The notes below the pieces were generated by a model. It was not told the origin of the DNA. It searched no databases and worked only from the letters and a program-made list of their open reading frames with translations. Source: Ignavibacteriota bacterium (GTDB lineage: Bacteria; Bacteroidota; Ignavibacteria; Kapaibacteriales; UBA2268). From it: 64,000 bases of DNA. The stretch covers positions 1,368,423 to 1,432,422 of the forward strand of contig JAHBUQ010000002.1 in NCBI GenBank assembly GCA_019637995.1. The letters run 5' to 3'. This document shows, piece after piece, positions 48,016 through 58,386 of the stretch. The position numbers and the translations under genes were made by a program. Within the stretch, counting starts at the first letter, position 1. Every line of letters begins with the position of its first letter.

Positions 48016-50982
48016 ATGTTTCAAAAATATTACGAAAATATTAAAGCGGAATTCGCATCTCAGAATGAAAATTCAGAGCATACTTTCCGTACATATTTGC
48101 AGAATTTTCTGATTGAATTTGAAAGCGAATATTCAGGAAGAAATTTACTGATTAAGCACGAGCCGCTGAAAGTCGGCAATTATGGCAGACCGGATTTTAA
48201 GATAACCACACATTATCATCTGACAATCGGGTTAATTGAAACTAAAAAAATTGGTGAAAATTTAAAAGGTTTACTTAGATCTGACCAGATTTATAAATAT
48301 TCGCAATTATCTGATAATATTATTCTAACTGATTATCTGGATTTTTATCTGGTCAGAAAGGGTGAAGTTGTCAGAGAAGCGTTTATATTCACCGAATTTG
48401 ATTTACCCAAAAAGAGATTTAAAGTAGAAAAATCAAATATTGAGCAATTAAGTGAGCTTTTAGATGAATTCTTCTCATCTGAGCCGGATACTATCACAAA
48501 AGTTGATGATTTAGCAGAAAAACTTGCTCAAAAAGCTACATATCTGCGTGAGTTCAGCAAAATCAACTTATCTGAGTATTCGTTTAATTCAATAAATAAA
48601 CTTTATGCAATGTATGAAGTTTTTCGGGATACTTTGCTACCAACACTCGAAACTGATTATTTTTCAGATATTTATGCCCAAACGATTACTTATGGATTAT
48701 TCCTCGGCGGATTGAATTGCATCTCTGCTAAGGATGAACTGAACCACTATACTGCATTTTCGCTTATGCCAAATTCATTCCCACTGATAAAGGAATTATT
48801 CCATAATCTTGATGATTTTCCAAAAGAAATAGTATGGGCGATTGATGAAATACTGGCAATTCTAAAGGTAACAGATTATGCAGCAATTAAGCACGAATTT
48901 GCAGAATATCGCCATCGTGAGCAAGGTTTCCATGACCCGTTTATATATTTCTACGAAGATTTTCTTAAAAAATACGACAAAACTCAGCGTGAATTACGAG
49001 GTGTTTACTATACACCCGAAGCGGTTGTATCTTATATTGTTCGCTCAATTGAAGAAGTCCTGAAAGATACTTTCGGAATGCCACAAGGATTCTCAAATGA
49101 TAAAGTTACAGTCCTTGATTTTGCTTGCGGAACGGGTACATATTTACTTAATGTATTCATGCAGGCATTACAAAGTTCGTTTAGATACGGAGATAAGTCG
49201 TTAGTCAATAAAATACTTAATGAGCGGTTAATCAATCGTTTTTATGGTTTTGAATTGATGTTAGCACCTTATGTTGTGGCACATCTCAAAATCACAGAAT
49301 TTCTCAAAGAAGAAGGTTATCATCTTTGGGACGGAAACAGATTAAGCATCTACTTAACAAATACACTCAGCAACAACGAGCCCAAGCCATTTGCTTTTAT
49401 GCCACATTTAACAATGGAAGGGCGTGAGGCGAACCGCATCAAGAATGAAGATGTACTTGTTGTTGTCGGAAATCCGCCGTATTCGGTTAGTAGCCAAAAT
49501 AAAACAGGTTTCATTTCCGAAGATAAATTGAATTTATATAAAACTGCTGTCAAATCAGAAAAAAATATTCAGCCACTTTCAGATGACTACATTAAATTCA
49601 TTAGGTTTGCACATTGGAAAATGGAAAAACTTGACAAAGGCGTTGTTGGCATCATTACCAATAATTCCTTCCTTGATGGACTTATCCATCGTGGAATGAG
49701 AGAAGAATTACTCAAAGAATTTGATGAGATTTATATAGTAAATTTGCATGGTAATTCAAGAATTGGAGAAAAATCTGCTGATGGCACTAAAGATGAAAAC
49801 ATTTTCGAGATAATGCAAGGTGTTTCAATCTCAATATTTGTCAAAAAAGATAAAAAGAAGAACAAAAAATGTAAAGTTTTTTATAAAGATTTATATGGTG
49901 TTAAACAATCGAAGTATGATTATTTGTGGGCACATTCTATAAGAAATACTGACTGGACGGAATTAAACCCTGAAGCTGGGAATTATTTCTTTACAATTAA
50001 AGACTATACAAATTTTTCCTCATATTCGAAATTTTATAATCTATCGTCAATATTCAATAAAAAGAATATGGGCATTGCTTCTGGCAAGGATATTGAATTT
50101 GTAAAATTTAAAAGCATTCAATATGGAAAAAAATATTTGCAAGATGTTAAACCATATTTTTATAGACCTTTCGATTACAGGTACATTTTATATGACAAAA
50201 AATTACTACAAAGAGCAAGATTTGGATTAATGCAGCATATATTAAAAGGCAATATTGTATTATCAGCTGGTCGTTTTTTAAGAAAAAAAGATACTAATAA
50301 TTTCATGGTATCAGAACATTTAGTTTGCAGGCATAGTATTAATGACATGACCTACTCATTCCCCCTCTACATCTATCAGGAAAATGGAAATACTGACGAA
50401 AATGGTAATGGATATTTATTTAAAGAAGATGACAAAAAGGATAATTTTACTAAAGAATTTAGAAAATATTTGAAAGAAAAATATTCCGAAAAATACACCC
50501 CTGAGCAGATTCTCGGATATATCTATGCTATACTTCACAGCAAAATTTACCGTGAAAAATATATTGAATTTCTGAAAATTGATTTTCCAAGAATACCGTT
50601 TGTTGATAGTCATGTTACATTTGAAAAATTATCTGATATTGGTTGGGAATTAATTCAACATCATTTATTAAATATAAAGACAAATCGTGGAATCGCTAAG
50701 CTTTCAGGCGAGGGGAATAATTATTCGGTTGAAAAAGTTGGTAGAATTGCTGGTAAAGTATATATAAACAAAGAAAGATATTTCGATGGAATTTCTGATG
50801 AAATCTGGAACTTTTATATAGGCGGATATCAGGTGCTTGACAAATGGCTGAAAGAACGTAAAAAACACGAAATCACACTCGAAACTGAAGATATAATGCA
50901 CTTTATCAACATTGTTGACGTTATAGATTTTACTATAAGCACTATGGCTGAAATTGATTCATTGGTCGAGGATTGGATATAA
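48016..50982 (+). CDS. MmeI-like Type IIG/IIL restriction-modification enzyme (PD-ExK nuclease + gamma-class N6-adenine methyltransferase + target-recognition region)
   Basis: N-terminal GRPDF...GLIETKKIG = PD-(D/E)xK; central RGVYYTPEAVV and FDFACGTGTYL (AdoMet binding) and VVVGNPPYSVSS (NPPY motif IV); C-terminal conserved PEQILGYIYAILHSKIYREKYIEFLKIDFPRIPF as in MmeI/PglX-like enzymes. Confidence 0.65.
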   Translation: MFQKYYENIKAEFASQNENSEHTFRTYLQNFLIEFESEYSGRNLLIKHEPLKVGNYGRPDFKITTHYHLTIGLIETKKIGENLKGLLRSDQIYKYSQLSDNIILTDYLDFYLVRKGEVVREAFIFTEFDLPKKRFKVEKSNIEQLSELLDEFFSSEPDTITKVDDLAEKLAQKATYLREFSKINLSEYSFNSINKLYAMYEVFRDTLLPTLETDYFSDIYAQTITYGLFLGGLNCISAKDELNHYTAFSLMPNSFPLIKELFHNLDDFPKEIVWAIDEILAILKVTDYAAIKHEFAEYRHREQGFHDPFIYFYEDFLKKYDKTQRELRGVYYTPEAVVSYIVRSIEEVLKDTFGMPQGFSNDKVTVLDFACGTGTYLLNVFMQALQSSFRYGDKSLVNKILNERLINRFYGFELMLAPYVVAHLKITEFLKEEGYHLWDGNRLSIYLTNTLSNNEPKPFAFMPHLTMEGREANRIKNEDVLVVVGNPPYSVSSQNKTGFISEDKLNLYKTAVKSEKNIQPLSDDYIKFIRFAHWKMEKLDKGVVGIITNNSFLDGLIHRGMREELLKEFDEIYIVNLHGNSRIGEKSADGTKDENIFEIMQGVSISIFVKKDKKKNKKCKVFYKDLYGVKQSKYDYLWAHSIRNTDWTELNPEAGNYFFTIKDYTNFSSYSKFYNLSSIFNKKNMGIASGKDIEFVKFKSIQYGKKYLQDVKPYFYRPFDYRYILYDKKLLQRARFGLMQHILKGNIVLSAGRFLRKKDTNNFMVSEHLVCRHSINDMTYSFPLYIYQENGNTDENGNGYLFKEDDKKDNFTKEFRKYLKEKYSEKYTPEQILGYIYAILHSKIYREKYIEFLKIDFPRIPFVDSHVTFEKLSDIGWELIQHHLLNIKTNRGIAKLSGEGNNYSVEKVGRIAGKVYINKERYFDGISDEIWNFYIGGYQVLDKWLKERKKHEITLETEDIMHFINIVDVIDFTISTMAEIDSLVEDWI

Positions 50983-51007
50983 AATATGAAAATAGCACGG
51001 AGAGAAT

Positions 51008-52549
51008 TTGAGTAACCCTGGACAGTGGAATGTATCGGAAAAAGTCTCGCAATGCGTATTTCCAAGACTTGATACAGATAGATTTTTTGAAGATGCTGAC
51101 TATAACGCTTATATCTGCAGATTAGTAGATAAGAATATTGGTGGGTTCTGCATTTTCAACGGAAACCCTGAACAAGTCGAGCAGATGATTCATAAATTGC
51201 AGGCTCGAACAGTCACACCCTTGCTGATGTCGGCTGATTTCGAGAATGGTCTTCCTATGCGCCTTACGGAGGGTACGGATTTCCCGCACGCACTTGGAAT
51301 GGGAAAGTTAAGCCACGAATCTGTATTCAAAATCGCTCAAGCAATTGCAAAAGAAGCTTCAGGACTTGGAATACGTTGGAATCTCGCTCCTGTTGCCGAC
51401 GTTAATACTAATCCTGATAATCCGGTAATTAATATTCGCTCTTTAGGAGAAGATGCAGAACAAGTTGCTCAGCATGTAAAATCGTACATTGAGGGAACTC
51501 AGGTCGAAAAAGTATTGGCATGTGCAAAACACTTTCCCGGACACGGCGATACCGGCAAGGATTCTCATTTTGAACTGCCTACTGTGATTCATAAATTAGA
51601 CAGATTATCTTTCATCGAATTTGAGCCATTCAGAGAAGCAATCAAGACAAATGTTGCTTCGATAATGTTAGGGCACTTATCAGTTCCGGCGATTGATGAT
51701 TCGGGCATACCGGCATCACTTTCACCCAAGGTTGTCAGCATTTTAAGAGAAGACTTACTATTTCGTGGCTTGATTGTAACTGATGCTTTGGATATGAAGG
51801 CGATTACAAATCATTATTCATCTGAAAAAGCCGCATTTTTGGCACTTGCCGCAGGCTGCGATATTGCACTTATGCCTGAAAACCCTGAATCAGTTATTAA
51901 ATTTATTACCAAATTAGCTGAAGATGATGTAGAATTTCACGAAAAAGTTGATATTGCGGCAAGAAGAATAATTCTATATAAGCGTAAATTCGGTCTTATA
52001 CCTCAGTATCAACTACTTGAGGAAGGGAAAAATTTATATATCAATCATGCCAAAATGGCGTTAAATTATTCTTATGAAATATTAGAAAAATCAGGTGTTA
52101 ATGAGCTGATTCCAATTCCGGAAAATATAAGTTTTGCAGGATTTGCTTTTGTAAAGAATGATAAGGCATTTCGAACAGCATCAAGATTTTTTACAATGCT
52201 TGCTCAGGCAACAGAAAATGATTGTGATTTTGCTTATATAAATACTGAAATCGGTGACGATGAAATCAAGGAAATGCAAAAAGGTATAAAAGACACCGGA
52301 ATTATCATTTTTGCTTTATTCTACAGAGGATTATCTGCTGAAGAACGCGATTTTGAAATGGCTGAATTAAACAGAGTTATGGATAAAATTGCAACCGGAA
52401 AAAAGAGAATTGTAATTTTATTTGGTAATCCTTACATTAAAAACTATTTAAATTACGACTTAATCGTCTTAGCATATTCTGATTCTTTTTCTTCACTTGC
52501 AGCTTCGGTTGTTATGCTTACAGGCAGGGAGGAATCTTTAAAGTTTTGA
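51008..52549 (+). CDS. glycoside hydrolase family 3 N-terminal domain protein (NagZ-like beta-N-acetylhexosaminidase) with C-terminal extension
   Basis: KHFPGHGDTGKDSHFELP and GLIVTDALDM motifs of GH3/NagZ; TTG start as given by ORF track (start uncertain). Confidence 0.7.
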   Translation: MSNPGQWNVSEKVSQCVFPRLDTDRFFEDADYNAYICRLVDKNIGGFCIFNGNPEQVEQMIHKLQARTVTPLLMSADFENGLPMRLTEGTDFPHALGMGKLSHESVFKIAQAIAKEASGLGIRWNLAPVADVNTNPDNPVINIRSLGEDAEQVAQHVKSYIEGTQVEKVLACAKHFPGHGDTGKDSHFELPTVIHKLDRLSFIEFEPFREAIKTNVASIMLGHLSVPAIDDSGIPASLSPKVVSILREDLLFRGLIVTDALDMKAITNHYSSEKAAFLALAAGCDIALMPENPESVIKFITKLAEDDVEFHEKVDIAARRIILYKRKFGLIPQYQLLEEGKNLYINHAKMALNYSYEILEKSGVNELIPIPENISFAGFAFVKNDKAFRTASRFFTMLAQATENDCDFAYINTEIGDDEIKEMQKGIKDTGIIIFALFYRGLSAEERDFEMAELNRVMDKIATGKKRIVILFGNPYIKNYLNYDLIVLAYSDSFSSLAASVVMLTGREESLKF

Positions 52550-52577
52550 TTTTACTTTTTGTTCAGCTTATTTTCGG

Positions 52578-54308
52578 ATGAAAATGAAATTATTGAAAAT
52601 TATTATCTTGCTCATAATCGCAGCAAGCTTAAATCTTATGTCACAAGTACCCGGACTTTCCGGTGCTGATACCAAAGAACTTCTCCAAATGGAGATGGAT
52701 AATCAGATTTCTGACGGTATGTCGCTTGAAGCAATGCCTGTTGGCAATGCAATCAATCCTGATTTTTATCTGATTGGACCCGGCGATATGCTGTCTTTGC
52801 AAATATTTCCGATACAAACTTCTCCTAAGAATTTAATAGTATCGCCTGATTATACAATCTTACTTCCAAGAGTGGGTGAAATTTCTATTAAAGATATGAC
52901 TCTCAACGAGGTTAAAGATACAATTTCTCAAATTTATCGAGCAAAAATGTCCGGCTCAAAAGCTTTCGTGATTTTGAAAGAAGCCAGAAAATGCATTGTA
53001 AATATTAAAGGGAATGTTCTTTCACCTGCAATTTACACATTGCCTTCATCCTATCAGGTTTCGACTGCAGTATCATTTGCAAATCAGCTCGGGAAATTAT
53101 CAGGTGTGCCTATAGTTGCTGTCGAAGCACTTCTTCAGGTTCAGGAGAAACAACGCGAAGCCGACAGATTATTTTCTGAAACCGGCATTCCATCGAAGCC
53201 CGTATATTGGAGCAGAAATGTAACACTACTCAGAAATGACGGTTCATCTTTACAAATAGACCTCGAAAGAGCAGTTTTTGAGAATGACATTAAAAATGAC
53301 CCTTATGTAAAAGAAGGCGACCAGATTATTGTTCCATTCGATCAGCAATATTTTAATCAGATTTCAATTACAGGTGCTGTAACAAGACCTATAGTTCTTC
53401 CGCACAAGTATGGAGACAAGGTATCTCTACTACTGAAATTTGGGTATGGTGTTACTGATGATGCTGATTTGGATAATGTATTTGTATTTTTGCCTGAATC
53501 AAAAAAAAGAATAAAACTTCAAATTGACAGAAAATTAAATTTACTCAGTGAAGATTTTGAAGTAGAGCCAGGTTCGACAATCATAGTAGGGCAGAGACTC
53601 AGCTATAAAAAAAGCGATTTTGGAACTGTTTCAGTAAAAGGTTTTGTAAATTCACCAGGCAACTATCTTATTAAACTTGGTGAAACACGACTTCGTGATA
53701 TGGTCGAAATGGCTGGCGGATTTACTCAAGATGCGTATTTGCCTTTGGGTAGAATTATCAGACGTGACTATAAACAACAGTCTCTTAGCGACCCACGTCA
53801 GGAAACCTACGAAACGATGCAATATTCAGACTTGAAAATGGACGATACTGTTAGATATTATATTGATATGAAATATAAACAGCCCCTTGTTTCTACTGAC
53901 TTTATTGAAGTCTTTGAGAATAATTCCGAAATTCATAATGTATTACTTTATGATGGTGATGTAATCGAAGTGCCAAATAATCCGGGCAAGGTACGTGTAT
54001 TTGGTCAGGTCAAAAATCCCGGATTTGTTGAATTTCAGCCCGGCAAAACAATGGCTTGGTATGTTGAGCGTGCAGGCGGATATGCCGAAGGCTCACAAAG
54101 TTTCAGAGCAAGAATTATTCGCGGTAGAACACAAGTATGGCTCGAAGGAGCTGAAGATGTTTTTGTTTATGCAGGTGACCAGATTTATGTGCCTCGAGTT
54201 CCGGACGAACCTACTACAATAAAACTTCAAAGATATGCCGTTTTAGCCAGTATAGTAGCTACTGTTGGAGTGTTGATTAATACAATTGCATTTATTTTGC
54301 TGAGATAG
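52578..54308 (+). CDS. polysaccharide export protein (Wza-like; Poly_export + SLBB domains)
   Basis: Signal peptide; YLIGPGDMLSLQIFP motif of Poly_export domain; repeated SLBB-like segments; C-terminal hydrophobic helix. Confidence 0.65.
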   Translation: MKMKLLKIIILLIIAASLNLMSQVPGLSGADTKELLQMEMDNQISDGMSLEAMPVGNAINPDFYLIGPGDMLSLQIFPIQTSPKNLIVSPDYTILLPRVGEISIKDMTLNEVKDTISQIYRAKMSGSKAFVILKEARKCIVNIKGNVLSPAIYTLPSSYQVSTAVSFANQLGKLSGVPIVAVEALLQVQEKQREADRLFSETGIPSKPVYWSRNVTLLRNDGSSLQIDLERAVFENDIKNDPYVKEGDQIIVPFDQQYFNQISITGAVTRPIVLPHKYGDKVSLLLKFGYGVTDDADLDNVFVFLPESKKRIKLQIDRKLNLLSEDFEVEPGSTIIVGQRLSYKKSDFGTVSVKGFVNSPGNYLIKLGETRLRDMVEMAGGFTQDAYLPLGRIIRRDYKQQSLSDPRQETYETMQYSDLKMDDTVRYYIDMKYKQPLVSTDFIEVFENNSEIHNVLLYDGDVIEVPNNPGKVRVFGQVKNPGFVEFQPGKTMAWYVERAGGYAEGSQSFRARIIRGRTQVWLEGAEDVFVYAGDQIYVPRVPDEPTTIKLQRYAVLASIVATVGVLINTIAFILLR

Positions 54309-54323
54309 GGGTTAGTCCAATAA

Positions 54324-54349
54324 ATCATTTCGACTCAATACGAAATGAT
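54324..54349. terminator. hairpin atcatttcg-actcaata-cgaaatgat between convergent genes
   Basis: Perfect 9-bp stem; no strong T-run, so function is uncertain. Confidence 0.3.
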
Positions 54350-54362
54350 AATAAATCCATAA

Positions 54363-54872
54363 TCAGTGACACTTGAAATGGTCAAATGCCTGCAGACAAT
54401 CATTACAATAATGGAACGATTTGCAGGCAGTGGAACCATACTCGCTCAATATTTTTGTATTCTGTGAGAGGCAAAAAGGACATTCTACCTGAGATGGTAC
54501 TTTTATGATACTAAACAGATTATCAGGGTCAATATCCTTGCTTTTGCTTTTTGGTGGAGCTATACCTGACAGTCTAAGTTTTTCGAGAGTTTCTTCGCTC
54601 ATCCAGTCTGTTGTCCATGGGGGAGAAAGTCGAGTTGTAATTTTTGCATCAATACCTTCTTCAAATAGAACTTTGCGAACATCCTCTGTAATCTGGTGCA
54701 TCGCAGGGCAGCCTGAATAAGTTGGTGTGATGATTACCTCGACATCATTACCGCTTATAATAACATCACGTATCATACCCATTTCGATAACTGATAAAGC
54801 AGGTATCTCGGGGTCAGACACCTGCGATATTATCTCAAAAATATCTTCTTTATTCAGGACATCTGCTACCAT
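54363..54872 (-). CDS. paaD: 1,2-phenylacetyl-CoA epoxidase subunit D
   Basis: DPEIPALSVIEMGMIRDV...TPTYSGCPA pattern and C-terminal Cys cluster typical of PaaD. Confidence 0.8.
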   Translation of the reverse strand: MVADVLNKEDIFEIISQVSDPEIPALSVIEMGMIRDVIISGNDVEVIITPTYSGCPAMHQITEDVRKVLFEEGIDAKITTRLSPPWTTDWMSEETLEKLRLSGIAPPKSKSKDIDPDNLFSIIKVPSQVECPFCLSQNTKILSEYGSTACKSFHYCNDCLQAFDHFKCH

Positions 54873-55639
54873 TTTGCGTCCGGAACAGCTCTTCTCAAAT
54901 ACTGCATATCTGCAAGAATGAAACCTAAATTTTCGGTATGTAGTCCATTTCTGCCGCCAATCTGCATAAATTCATCAATTGATGGAGTGTCCAAAGTAGC
55001 TTCTGACAGAACATCAGATACATTCTTGTACCACTTGGATTTGAGCGAATTAAAATCCACCCCGATACCTTCGCTTAACAGCAATTCATCAGTTTCATCC
55101 TGAAAAAACATTTCGCCGGTGTACATCCACAAATCCTCGACTGCTGCAGAAATTTTATCATGACTTATATCAGTACCGTCGCCAAGACGAAGCATCCATT
55201 CAGAGCTATGACGCAAGTGATAAGCAGACTCTTTGAGTGACTTAGCTGCTATTCCGGCAAGAGTTTCATCTTTGCTGTTTTTTAGTTCATTATAAAAATG
55301 ATAATCATAAACATCAAAATAGAACTGACGAGCTGTAGTATAAGCGAAATCCTCGTTGGCTTGTTCCGTAAGTAAAAGATTTGTAAATTCTCTCTCATTT
55401 CTCAGATAAGCCAGGTCATCTTCATCCCTTCCTATGCCCTCGGTTTCACCGGCGAATTTAAGCCATAAAGTTGCTTGCCCAAGCAGGTCAAGACTAAGGT
55501 TTGCAAGAGCCAAATCTTCTTCTAATATCGGACCATGACCACACCATTCCGAAACTCTGTGACCGAGAACAAGTCTGTCATCGCCGTGTCGAAGAGCAAA
55601 TTTGAAGAGAGCTTTTTTTATGTCATCAGTGTATGTCAA
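54866..55639 (-). CDS. paaC: 1,2-phenylacetyl-CoA epoxidase subunit C
   Basis: ALRHGDDRLVLGHRVSEWCGHGPILEEDLALANLSLDLLGQA matches PaaC; overlaps paaD by 7 nt. Confidence 0.8.
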   Translation of the reverse strand: MTYTDDIKKALFKFALRHGDDRLVLGHRVSEWCGHGPILEEDLALANLSLDLLGQATLWLKFAGETEGIGRDEDDLAYLRNEREFTNLLLTEQANEDFAYTTARQFYFDVYDYHFYNELKNSKDETLAGIAAKSLKESAYHLRHSSEWMLRLGDGTDISHDKISAAVEDLWMYTGEMFFQDETDELLLSEGIGVDFNSLKSKWYKNVSDVLSEATLDTPSIDEFMQIGGRNGLHTENLGFILADMQYLRRAVPDAKW

Positions 55640-55922
55640 CGCTCACTCCTTTTGGAATTTTATAAAATAGCGGATGGCGATAAACCTTATCGTCAGCAGG
55701 GTCGAAGAAGGATTCACTGTCCTGCGGAAGAGTTGCTGATATACTGTCAGCAGGTACTACCCACATACTTACCGGTTTGTCGCGTCGGGCATATACTTCT
55801 CTTGCATTTTGCATAGCCATTTCCTTATCTGCTGCGTGAACACTCCCTACGTGTTCATGTGGCTTTCCGGTCTTAAGTTGAACAAAGACCTCCCAAAGAT
55901 TCCATTGTGTATCTGTTGTCAT
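55626..55922 (-). CDS. paaB: 1,2-phenylacetyl-CoA epoxidase subunit B
   Basis: 98 aa, WEVFVQLKTGKPHEHVGSVHAADKEMA...YARRDKPVSMWVV matches PaaB. Confidence 0.85.
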   Translation of the reverse strand: MTTDTQWNLWEVFVQLKTGKPHEHVGSVHAADKEMAMQNAREVYARRDKPVSMWVVPADSISATLPQDSESFFDPADDKVYRHPLFYKIPKGVSVDIH

Positions 55923-55976
55923 AAATTGTAATTTTTATATATTTCAAAAAAATGTGATTCAAATTAGATTATACCA

Positions 55977-56915
55977 TTAAGCAACATTCTTTCTGGCTTT
56001 CTTGGCGGCATAAGCTACTGCAGCTTCACGAACCCATAGCCCTTCATCGTGGGCTTTTTTGCGGGCTCTGAGTCTTTGTCTGTTCATCGGACCGTTACCT
56101 TTTATGACATTAAAAAATTCATCCCAATTTACACTTCCATAAGAATATGTTTTTGTTTCAGGATGAAAAACCAAATCAGGGTCAGGGATTTTCAGGCCTC
56201 TTGCTTCTGCTTGCGGAACAGTCATATTGATAAATTTTTGCCTTAATGATTCATTGCTTTCTGACTTAATTTTCCATTTAAGTGATTGTTCTGAATGTGT
56301 AGAGTCCTTATCTTCAGGTCCAAACATCATTATTGATGGCCACCACCAACGGTTCAGAGCATCCTGAGCCATTTGTTTCTGCTCTTGAGTGCCGTTGCAT
56401 AACTCCGCAATAATTTCATAACCTTGTCTGTTGTGAAATGCTTCTTCCTTGCAAATTCTAACCATTGCCCTTGAATATGGACCGTAAGATGTTTTGATTA
56501 AACTAACCTGATTTACCATTGCAGCACCGTCAACAAGCCAGCCAATTGCTCCGATATCAGCCCATGATAAAGTAGGGTAATTAAAAATGCTTGAATATTT
56601 TGCTTTACCCGTGTGAAGATTGTCAATTAATTCTTCGCGGGAAGCTCCCAATGTTTCGGCTGCACTATAGAGATAAAGCCCGTGTCCGGCTTCATCCTGA
56701 ACTTTTGCCAGCAATATCAACTTACGTCTCAAGCTTGGAGCCCTTGTAATCCAGTTCCCTTCAGGAAGCATGCCGACTATTTCAGAATGCCCATGTTGCG
56801 AGATCATTCTAATCAGATTTTTTCTGTATGCATCAGGCATCCAGTCCCTTGGTTCTATCTTCTCACCTGCATCTATTCTTGCCTGAAATTCTTCAAGTCT
56901 TTGCTCTTCTGTCAT
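55977..56915 (-). CDS. paaA: 1,2-phenylacetyl-CoA epoxidase catalytic subunit A
   Basis: Di-iron ferritin-like oxygenase pattern (…[15 protein letters not shown]…EEAFHNRQG…) matching PaaA. Confidence 0.9.
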   Translation of the reverse strand: MTEEQRLEEFQARIDAGEKIEPRDWMPDAYRKNLIRMISQHGHSEIVGMLPEGNWITRAPSLRRKLILLAKVQDEAGHGLYLYSAAETLGASREELIDNLHTGKAKYSSIFNYPTLSWADIGAIGWLVDGAAMVNQVSLIKTSYGPYSRAMVRICKEEAFHNRQGYEIIAELCNGTQEQKQMAQDALNRWWWPSIMMFGPEDKDSTHSEQSLKWKIKSESNESLRQKFINMTVPQAEARGLKIPDPDLVFHPETKTYSYGSVNWDEFFNVIKGNGPMNRQRLRARKKAHDEGLWVREAAVAYAAKKARKNVA

Positions 56916-57191
56916 TTTGAATTTTCCAATTAGTTTTGTAATATCTATATTTTACGATACGAAAAAATAATAATGTTAGTGTTTGATATTATTTATAGTA
57001 TATGATAATTCGTCATAATTTTTAATTTTTCAAATAATTTGACATCCAATTACCTGATTACTAAGCATATTTTCAAATTATTCTAAAAATATATTTATTT
57101 TGTAACTATTTATTTAATCATTGTGTCTAAGTATTGTAGTGCATTTGCAAAAGTGAAAAAACTTTTTTAAAATATATTTGAGGTGTTTAGT

Positions 57192-58145
57192 ATGAAGACT
57201 TTTCAACTTTTTTTTATGATTCTTGTATTAGCATTAAGCACTCAAGACCTGAAAGCTAATTACGAATACTTTTCTGCATTCGAAGGTATTGATGCTGTGA
57301 AATCAAAAATGTTACAAGATGGATTTACCGACCAGAAACTTATTTTCATCGGTGCTTATGAAACCATCATTGGTGGTTTAATACCCAATGAAGCCGATAA
57401 TGGCAAATTACAAAACTGGTATTATACTTTTGTTTGCAATAATGACAGTAGATTAATAACTCTCAGTGTTATCAAGCAAGACAACCAGTTAATTACTGCT
57501 TTGGTTGATGATTGTCCTTCAGATTCAAAACGAAAAATTCCATTTTTCTCTGACATATTAACTGATTTTAGAGAGATTCCATCTTATTTAATTGACAGTG
57601 ATTCGATTACATTAGAATTTTTCGATATAGTTTCAAAAATTAGTACATCCCAATTTAATGAGGAAATTACTACATCAATTTGGAGAATCGAGTTAGCTTC
57701 AAAAGAGAATCTTGAGAAAGAACATCTTCAAAGCGTTCTTGATGAAGACTATCTATGGGATGTTGAATTAAATACCCAAGATTCACAAATAATGGGTTCA
57801 GGTACAGGTGCTGTGAGGTTTTTTATATCGGCTGTAACAGGCGAAACACGTGAATTTGGTTTTACTGTCGGAGTTAATGATGAAAATTTTACTGATTATT
57901 TCACAATTTATCCTAATCCCGCAAGTGATTATATCACAATTTCTATCCCTGAAATCAACCCCACGGTTAACCGTGGGGTTGAAGGGGAACAAGAAATCAA
58001 AATCTTTAATACGCTTGGGGAATGTGTGATGTCTGTGTGGACAGGGCTTGACCTGTCCACACAAAGAATTGATATTTCCCACCTGCCCACTGGTGTGTAT
58101 TTCATCAGGTTCGGGAATAAGGTGGAGAAATTTGTGAAGATGTAA
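57192..58145 (+). CDS. secreted protein with T9SS C-terminal sorting domain
   Basis: Signal peptide MKTFQLFFMILVLALS; C-terminus YFTIYPNPASDYITISIP...LPTGVYFIRFGNKVEKFVKM = T9SS CTD. Confidence 0.65.
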   Translation: MKTFQLFFMILVLALSTQDLKANYEYFSAFEGIDAVKSKMLQDGFTDQKLIFIGAYETIIGGLIPNEADNGKLQNWYYTFVCNNDSRLITLSVIKQDNQLITALVDDCPSDSKRKIPFFSDILTDFREIPSYLIDSDSITLEFFDIVSKISTSQFNEEITTSIWRIELASKENLEKEHLQSVLDEDYLWDVELNTQDSQIMGSGTGAVRFFISAVTGETREFGFTVGVNDENFTDYFTIYPNPASDYITISIPEINPTVNRGVEGEQEIKIFNTLGECVMSVWTGLDLSTQRIDISHLPTGVYFIRFGNKVEKFVKM

Positions 58146-58159
58146 TCTTGAAATTAAAT

Positions 58160-58272
58160 ATCCGATGTTTGGAAATGAATGGAGCAAGGTTTGACCTAAC
58201 CACGCAAAGAATTGAAATCTCCCAAGCCCAAATTCAACTCTTCCGAAGTCTTCAAAACTTCGGAAGTTTCCT
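58160..58272 (+). pseudogene. decayed fragment homologous to the 3' end of the preceding T9SS CTD gene
   Basis: Translation ...ARFDLTTQRIEISQAQ... parallels GLDLSTQRIDISHLP of the intact gene; no start codon; contains the hairpin ttccgaagt-cttcaaa-acttcggaa (58241..58265). Confidence 0.45.
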
Positions 58273-58386
58273 TACATATTTCTAAAAAATCATACTATTA
58301 ATTGCACAAATTAAAATGTTATGCAGTATATTGCATAAAAATTACTATTTTTGTGCAGTATAGTGATTATGGTTAGGAATTAGTTT

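Noticed and set aside
54363-56915. Apparently higher GC in the paa cluster (and PFOR start) as evidence of horizontal transfer
   Set aside because: These are highly conserved enzymes that are often GC-richer than the genome background. I cannot compute GC or codon statistics here; there are no flanking mobility genes or tRNA.
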